A stretch of DNA of 64,000 nucleotides, taken from assembly GCA_020631855.1 (NCBI GenBank), contig JACKGU010000001.1, forward strand, positions 295,601 through 359,600, written 5' to 3'. The position numbers were made by a program, and so were the translations under genes. Of the stretch, positions 58,688-64,000 are shown piece by piece. Origin of the DNA: Candidatus Nomurabacteria bacterium (lineage in GTDB: Bacteria; Patescibacteriota; WWE3; UBA101185; UBA10185). The notes below the pieces were generated by a model. That model had not been told where the DNA came from, did no database searches, and saw nothing but the letters and a program-made list of their open reading frames with translations. How positions within the stretch are numbered: the first letter of the stretch is position 1; each line of letters begins with the position of its first letter.

Positions 58688-60565
58688 ATGGTAGAAACAG
58701 CAACCGCCGCAAATGACGCTTTAACAGCATTAAAGGGAAGGAGCGAAACAAAAGTTTCGCCTCTTGAAGAATTTTGGACAAATATAAATGCGCTTACTGC
58801 GGCTTCGCGACAACTGCTGACTAAAATAGAAACCAGCCCCCAGAGCGGACTGAATCAACGCAGAGCCGCACAGCTAGCTAGACAGGCTTTGGCTAGCTAT
58901 GAGATGACGACTAGCCTGACAGAAAATCCCACTAATAGAGAGGAAATTAATGCCCTTTCCAGGTTAGGCGCTGCGACAAACATCGACCCAACAAATCTAT
59001 ACAGAGAGACAATATTACTACAGCCGGAAGTACACTCGTATGAATATTCGGTCAAGCTGTTATTCTCCCACATAGTGTCTATGACCACTGAGGACAGAAG
59101 CAACACCACAAAAAACTTAGCATTGGTTTTAGCCGGGAATTGCTTAGACGGGAGTAAGGTTGATGTAAGAAAAATTCAAAACGAGCTCAGAGAATTAAAT
59201 TTTCCGAACCACCACTTATCAGAAGCAGCAGAGGCCATCGCTGCTATAATCCGGCATACGCCTTACAATCTAACAGATCATCAAGAAAAATTGGGGGTAA
59301 CAGGATACCCGGAAGTCTTGGCTAAAGCTTATAAGAGACTCTACGATCTAGCAACCAAACTTGATCCGGATACACCGCCTACAAAAGCGGAAGAAAGGTC
59401 ACAGCACCAACCCTATGCCAATTGGGAAGCCAGGGCCAAAGAAAGAGAATCGATACACTACAACAGTAATCCTAGAGAACACAAAATATTTTCACGTAAA
59501 GGAGAGATTTTGACTGCCAAGGGTTCGGAGAATAAAACAGCCCAAGTCTTAATTCCAACTGCCATACTTACCAGAACCGTACCTTTGGCGGACTTTGCAG
59601 GCAATGACAGGGCTTTCAATAAAGGATACGTAAAACTACAGCAGGTATTTACCTGCACAACATTTCAAGAAGTCGAAGCTACCCTTGAAATGCTAAACGC
59701 AGCATCTATTGCAGAAGAAGAAAAAACAGCACAGGTACCCATATATGTTCCTAAAACCGTGGTTCAAAATGGAAAAACAACAATTGAATATGAGATAACC
59801 TACATGGAGATGCCGATTGGAACCTATAATAGCTGGCGTAAAGCTTTAATGGAGGCTCGCAAATCCTACCTTAGAGCAGGATTTTCTATTCAAAACCAAG
59901 ATATAACTGCTGGAGTACGCTTAGCAACAGAGCAAGAGAATGCCTATGCAGAACAGACAATGTTGAATAGATATCAAGAGCTTTTGTCTGGACCTAGCCA
60001 TATCAAAGATTCTCTAGACGCATGGATGAGTCAAAGTCATTCAAGGGACAGATTTTACATTAAAGAATTGATGCAAAATACAATGGAACTAGTAAATGAG
60101 TTGACTGAAGAGCTTAATTTGACCCGAAACCCTCGCAATATAACATTAGAGGCTATGAAAACTCTTTATGAAGAAGGGCATGAGCAGCACCCACTGACGA
60201 TGGAAAAAGAAATAACACAGATGTTCGACAACAGAATGGCCGAGCGCTCTAACTATTATGTTGCAATGAAGGTAGCTTTGACAACTCTTGAAAATGTAAA
60301 TGCTTTACCGCCGCCAAGAGATCGCAAAGAAGCAAAAGAACAGATTAGAATGATTATAAATGTTCAAACACAAATAAAACAAATAATGCTTTTCTTGGCA
60401 CTTCAAGAAAAGGGCGTCTCCGAGAGCCGTGCCTCACAAGTCGCGCTGGAAAACTTCCCGGAACACTCAGTGATTAAAGCTCAAGTACCTTATAGGGCTA
60501 GAAATAGTCAAGCCAGAAGGGTTGCAGGAAAGAGACAAGCTGTTAGCAACCAAGGCTCTAGTTGA
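58688..60565 (+). CDS. Large (625 aa) soluble hypothetical protein adjacent to coupling-protein-like ATPase
   Basis: Long ORF, no TM, no recognisable motif. Confidence 0.5.
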   Translation: MVETATAANDALTALKGRSETKVSPLEEFWTNINALTAASRQLLTKIETSPQSGLNQRRAAQLARQALASYEMTTSLTENPTNREEINALSRLGAATNIDPTNLYRETILLQPEVHSYEYSVKLLFSHIVSMTTEDRSNTTKNLALVLAGNCLDGSKVDVRKIQNELRELNFPNHHLSEAAEAIAAIIRHTPYNLTDHQEKLGVTGYPEVLAKAYKRLYDLATKLDPDTPPTKAEERSQHQPYANWEARAKERESIHYNSNPREHKIFSRKGEILTAKGSENKTAQVLIPTAILTRTVPLADFAGNDRAFNKGYVKLQQVFTCTTFQEVEATLEMLNAASIAEEEKTAQVPIYVPKTVVQNGKTTIEYEITYMEMPIGTYNSWRKALMEARKSYLRAGFSIQNQDITAGVRLATEQENAYAEQTMLNRYQELLSGPSHIKDSLDAWMSQSHSRDRFYIKELMQNTMELVNELTEELNLTRNPRNITLEAMKTLYEEGHEQHPLTMEKEITQMFDNRMAERSNYYVAMKVALTTLENVNALPPPRDRKEAKEQIRMIINVQTQIKQIMLFLALQEKGVSESRASQVALENFPEHSVIKAQVPYRARNSQARRVAGKRQAVSNQGSS

Positions 60566-60628
60566 AAAATATCGAGGGCCTGTTTTTCAAATATACTACA
60601 AAAGCCCATTTATAGTATAATCAAGTAA

Positions 60629-61834
60629 ATGTTTAAACTGCCATTTAAAATAAATTTCAATAAAAAATCAAAAACGGATACTTTTTTAACAATAGACATA
60701 GGATCAAGCACAGTCAAAACACTAGCTTTTTATAATGACAGCGAAAGCAGATTAAAAGTAATCGGGCTGGGGAAGGAATTTTTACCCGAGGGTGCGGTAC
60801 GAGCCGGATATATAACTGATTTAAAAAGTGTCATAGAAGCAGTGGACGAAACAATTTATCAGGCCCTTGCTAATACGGAACACAGAATTACAGATGCGAT
60901 AATAGGAATATCCGAAAACCTGTGCTATTCGCAAGTTACAACCGGCCGGCTAAACAGAACTACGCCGGGAGAACTGGTTACAGAGAAAGAGCTGGATAAT
61001 TTGAAATACAAAATAATTGATGCTGCGTACAACACGGCCCTAGATGATTTTGTCTATAAAACCGGCGATCTTTCAACAGAGCTTATTCATATAAGCTCTA
61101 TTCCGGCCCATACAAAACTTGATTCAAAGATTGTTGACGACCCAACCGACTTGCCGGGAGCAAAAGTTGAGCTGGCAATTTACAATGCCTATTCCCCCGA
61201 ATATCATACAAAGCAACTGCAAAAAATTGCTGACACGCTAAAACTTTCAGTTTTAGCTATGGTTCCCAACATGTTCTCGTTAGGGGAAGCCCTAAAAAAA
61301 CTCACAAAGGACAATGAGTTGGATTGTATCATTTTAGATATCGGGGGAGAAACAACAGATGTAGGAATTATGTTTGGAGGGGGCCTTATAACTACAAAAA
61401 GCTTACCTATAGGAGGAAGGCACTATACAGAACAGCTATCTTTACAGAGCGGCCTTACTTGGGCAGAATCTGAAAAAAAGAAGAATCAGTACTATTTCGG
61501 ACAAACAGCAGATACAGAAACATCTTTCATCGAAACAGTAATGACTGAAACAACCGACCTGTGGCTCAGCGGGCTGGAAACCCTGTTTAATGAATTTAAT
61601 GGGGTCAGGACCTTTGCATCTGATATATTTGTAGTTGGGGGAGGAAGCTTGCTACCCGATATAATGGCAGCTCTAGAGTCCAGGCCATGGACAAAATCCA
61701 TACCTTTTAGAGAGCCGCCAAGAATAAAACGGGTCAGCATTTCTGAGCTGGATTTTGCTAGAGATACAACCGGCAAACTAAATGAATTGGATTATATTCA
61801 AGCCCTGTCTTTAGGTTTGATGGGAGAATATTAA
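60629..61834 (+). CDS. FtsA/PilM-family actin-like ATPase
   Basis: FLTIDIGSSTVKTLAF...LKVIGLG...GYITDLKSVIEAV phosphate-1 region; ILDIGGETTDVGIM phosphate-2; 401 aa. Confidence 0.7.
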   Translation: MFKLPFKINFNKKSKTDTFLTIDIGSSTVKTLAFYNDSESRLKVIGLGKEFLPEGAVRAGYITDLKSVIEAVDETIYQALANTEHRITDAIIGISENLCYSQVTTGRLNRTTPGELVTEKELDNLKYKIIDAAYNTALDDFVYKTGDLSTELIHISSIPAHTKLDSKIVDDPTDLPGAKVELAIYNAYSPEYHTKQLQKIADTLKLSVLAMVPNMFSLGEALKKLTKDNELDCIILDIGGETTDVGIMFGGGLITTKSLPIGGRHYTEQLSLQSGLTWAESEKKKNQYYFGQTADTETSFIETVMTETTDLWLSGLETLFNEFNGVRTFASDIFVVGGGSLLPDIMAALESRPWTKSIPFREPPRIKRVSISELDFARDTTGKLNELDYIQALSLGLMGEY

Positions 61835-63364
61835 ATGACAAAATTTGAAATTGAAATACACGACGATTTAATAAATGTGCTTGGAAAACTACAAACAATA
61901 AATGACGACGGAATTGAGCTCATTATTCCTGAAGGTTCAGTAATTTTTGAAAACATTTTAAATCTTAGAATTATTCAAAAAGAACTTGAAAAATCTGGAA
62001 AAACAATACATTTCGAGACGTCGGATGAAAACGGAAAAAGACTTATAGAAAATCTTGAAAATGACTCCTCCGGCCTTTCTTCCGAGCTGGATTTTACAGA
62101 AGCTGAAGCAACTGAAATAAACCCAAAAACACACAGAAAAAAACAACGCACGGTCTCGCTTGCATTACCTAAATTTAAATTTTCAGGGGGTACAAAATTT
62201 AAAATAGCAGGTTTAATAGGAGTTGTGACCGCCGTAATCATAGGAAGTTTATACCTATTGATTTGGAAACAGCATAAGGCAATCGTAAATTTAGTCGTGG
62301 AGGCACAGCCTCTGGTTAAGAGCGTACAGATTAGAGTGGCAACAAACAGCGAAACAAATACCGAACAAAAAACTCTAAAAGGCTCACAAGTAAGTACAAG
62401 CACCGTCCAGACCGCGAGCGTGCCAACAACAGGGGAAAAACTGGTAGGTAACCAAGCCTCAGGAACTGTAAAAATTTACAACAAAACAACAAATGGTAAA
62501 ACCTTTAAAAAAGGTACGGTTCTTGTCTATAAAAAAGACGATAAAACCCTAAAATATACACTTGACGAAGAAGTAGAAGTACCTGAAAGAACGGAAGATA
62601 TCTTGCAGGATCCGCCATTAATAACTTGGGGTGAAAAAGAAGTTGATGTTACAGCAGAGGAAATAGGAAATTCTTATAATATTGACTCGGGCGAAAGTTT
62701 GGATTTTGATGATTTCGACAAGGACGATTACACTGCAAAGAGCACGACAAAAATCAACGGGGGCAGCAGCGAGACACTTAAAATTGTGGCCCAAGAAGAT
62801 ATAGACAACCTACTTATCGAGCTGGAAAAAAGTGACGATAAAACTAAAACCGAGCTACAGCAAAAAACTTCGACAGGACGAAAATTAATTCCCGGGTCAA
62901 TCAGCCTTCAGACAACAAAAGATTCCTTTAGCGCCGAACTAGGAGACGAGGCGGAAAATCTAGAGCTTGTCAGAGAAGCGACGGCCACAGGGCTAACTTA
63001 TTCCGAAAATGAACTGGAAGTTCTACTAGACAGACTCGTAGATGATTTCGTCCCGGAAGGCTTTGAGCTATCGACAAAAGACAAGGAGATAAAAGCAGAG
63101 GTCTTAGGTGCAACGGAAACTACGACACTTTCAAGCGAACAGGCCGATTTACAGGTAACCATTAAGGCTTACGTGATACCAAAAATTGATGAGATCGAGC
63201 TAAGGGAGAATTTGGCAGGGGCCCCGTTGTCGAAAGCAGAAGAAATATTAAATGCTATTTCTAATGTTGCAACCTATTCTTTAGATGTAAAACCAAATAT
63301 TCCGCTGCTTAATTCCCTTCCCCATAATCCGGAAAATATAGAGATAACAGTAACTAAAAGGTAA
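61835..63364 (+). CDS. Bitopic membrane protein, about 120-aa cytoplasmic N-term, one TM, about 360-aa extracytoplasmic domain; translationally coupled to FtsA-like gene
   Basis: TM AGLIGVVTAVIIGSLYLLIW; TAAATG overlap with upstream gene. Confidence 0.5.
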   Translation: MTKFEIEIHDDLINVLGKLQTINDDGIELIIPEGSVIFENILNLRIIQKELEKSGKTIHFETSDENGKRLIENLENDSSGLSSELDFTEAEATEINPKTHRKKQRTVSLALPKFKFSGGTKFKIAGLIGVVTAVIIGSLYLLIWKQHKAIVNLVVEAQPLVKSVQIRVATNSETNTEQKTLKGSQVSTSTVQTASVPTTGEKLVGNQASGTVKIYNKTTNGKTFKKGTVLVYKKDDKTLKYTLDEEVEVPERTEDILQDPPLITWGEKEVDVTAEEIGNSYNIDSGESLDFDDFDKDDYTAKSTTKINGGSSETLKIVAQEDIDNLLIELEKSDDKTKTELQQKTSTGRKLIPGSISLQTTKDSFSAELGDEAENLELVREATATGLTYSENELEVLLDRLVDDFVPEGFELSTKDKEIKAEVLGATETTTLSSEQADLQVTIKAYVIPKIDEIELRENLAGAPLSKAEEILNAISNVATYSLDVKPNIPLLNSLPHNPENIEITVTKR

Positions 63365-63366
63365 AA

Positions 63367-63804
63367 ATGAAAAATAAAAATACTCCCTCAAAAAACACTA
63401 CCTATCTTGGGGTAGATTATGGAAAAAAGAGAACCGGCCTTGCGTTAGGAAGAAACGGACTCACTGCAATACTCACAGCAATAGACTCAAAAGACACGAT
63501 TTATGCATTAAATGAGTTGGCAAAGATTATTGCCCTAAATAAAGTGGATGTCATAGTTTTTGGACTTCCGCTCGATGCCGAGGGTAAAGACACTGCAATG
63601 TCTATAGAAGTTCGAACATTTGCAAACAGCCTAAAAAGAAAAATTAAAAAGAATATTCAATATGTAAACGAATTCCAGTCATCGGTGGAAGCAACAGAAG
63701 ATGCAATAAGCTCGGGTTTATCAAAAAAAGGTCGAAAATCTGTTGACAGTATATCTGCCGGAATTATTTTGAAAAGGTATTTCGAAAATCTTGATACAGA
63801 GTAA
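63367..63804 (+). CDS. ruvX: Holliday-junction resolvase-like YqgF/RuvX
   Basis: YLGVDYGKKRTGLALG N-terminus; RNase H-like fold length (145 aa). Confidence 0.85.
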   Translation: MKNKNTPSKNTTYLGVDYGKKRTGLALGRNGLTAILTAIDSKDTIYALNELAKIIALNKVDVIVFGLPLDAEGKDTAMSIEVRTFANSLKRKIKKNIQYVNEFQSSVEATEDAISSGLSKKGRKSVDSISAGIILKRYFENLDTE

Positions 63805-63832
63805 AGGCAGGGATCCCGTAGCGAATATGAGC

Positions 63833-64000
63833 TACCTCTTTTCCTCCATTACAACATCCTTTGAGCCGCACTTCATACATTCGAAATTTTCACCCGGCTT
63901 CAAACAAGCAGGGCAAATGTATAAACCGTCCTTATATATTAACTCGGACCTTTCGCATCTATTACATAAAAAAATAACATCGTCCTGTGAAACATCTCCA
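63833..64000 (-). CDS. Partial zinc-ribbon protein (3' end only; gene begins beyond window)
   Basis: Minus-strand frame ...FLCNRCERSELIYKDGLYICPACLKPGENFECMKCGSKDVVMEEKR* with three CxxC pairs. Confidence 0.3.

Noticed and set aside
60566-60628. sigma70 promoter for the ftsA-like gene around TATAAT at 60616-60621
   Set aside because: No acceptable -35 at 16-18 nt spacing; not called.
1-64000. tRNA / rRNA genes
   Set aside because: Scanned all intergenic spacers >60 nt for tRNA hallmarks (GTTCRAATC T-loop, cloverleaf-sized GC-rich segments) and rRNA-like conserved stretches; none found.
1-64000. CRISPR array
   Set aside because: No regularly spaced short direct repeats. The only repeated element (about 117 nt, three dispersed copies) is too long and irregularly spaced to be a CRISPR repeat.

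Overview
The window is a gene-dense, low-GC bacterial chromosome segment. Short IF2, L3 and PGK plus a Gram-positive-type envelope toolkit (LCP, sortase) suggest a reduced-genome lineage, possibly Patescibacteria/Saccharibacteria-like; this is inference only.

**Left half (1-24.7 kb), almost entirely minus strand.** It is a classic core block: rplV(partial)-rpsS-rplB-rplW-rplD-rplC-rpsJ, tuf, fusA, rpsG, rpsL, rpoC, rpoB. These are followed by lepB, a HAD hydrolase, secA, a cytidylyltransferase, uppP, a spermidine-synthase-like protein, serS, and a lysS carrying an extra C-terminal HD domain.

**After a strand switch near 24.8 kb, almost everything is plus strand.** In order:
- pgk, a ferredoxin-like gene, a truncated aldehyde:ferredoxin oxidoreductase (AOR)-like gene, tpiA
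- an LCP protein, a possible holA, a sortase with a convergent candidate substrate, two bitopic PilN/PilO-like proteins, rpsT
- murJ, lepA
- hrcA-grpE-dnaK-dnaJ
- a histidine phosphatase
- nusA-infB-(degenerate DHH/NrnA-like)-rpsO-pnp
- a Lon-like AAA+ ATPase with no protease domain, UDG4, RNase J, ftsK
- a DUF948/YtxH pair, a disordered protein, a membrane-anchored VirD4/TraG-like coupling ATPase, a 625-aa unknown protein, an FtsA/PilM-like ATPase, a 509-aa bitopic protein, ruvX, and a partial zinc-ribbon gene

I found no rRNA, tRNA or CRISPR. All conserved genes read through with standard stop codons, so there is no sign of recoding.

The points most worth a second look:
1. A roughly 117-nt structured intergenic repeat present three times, at 16.08, 30.26 and 32.80 kb, with four hairpins and a twin 'AGCTTACGCA' loop. 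It is a candidate new sRNA/REP/MITE-like family.
2. A LysRS fused to a YqeK-like HD domain, i.e. an Ap4A synthetase joined to a candidate Ap4A hydrolase.
3. A ferredoxin plus truncated AOR-family gene sitting between pgk and tpiA.
4. A roughly 410-nt structured leader with an intrinsic terminator and a UGGCACC motif upstream of serS, which could be a T-box-like attenuator.
5. An orphan VirD4-like coupling-protein module embedded among cell-division genes.
6. A sortase with a convergent candidate substrate carrying a 'VPVTG' motif.
7. A Lon lacking both its N-terminal and protease domains.
8. Recurrent long GC-rich perfect hairpins without U-tracts between co-directional genes (tuf|rpsJ, dnaK|dnaJ, after pnp).
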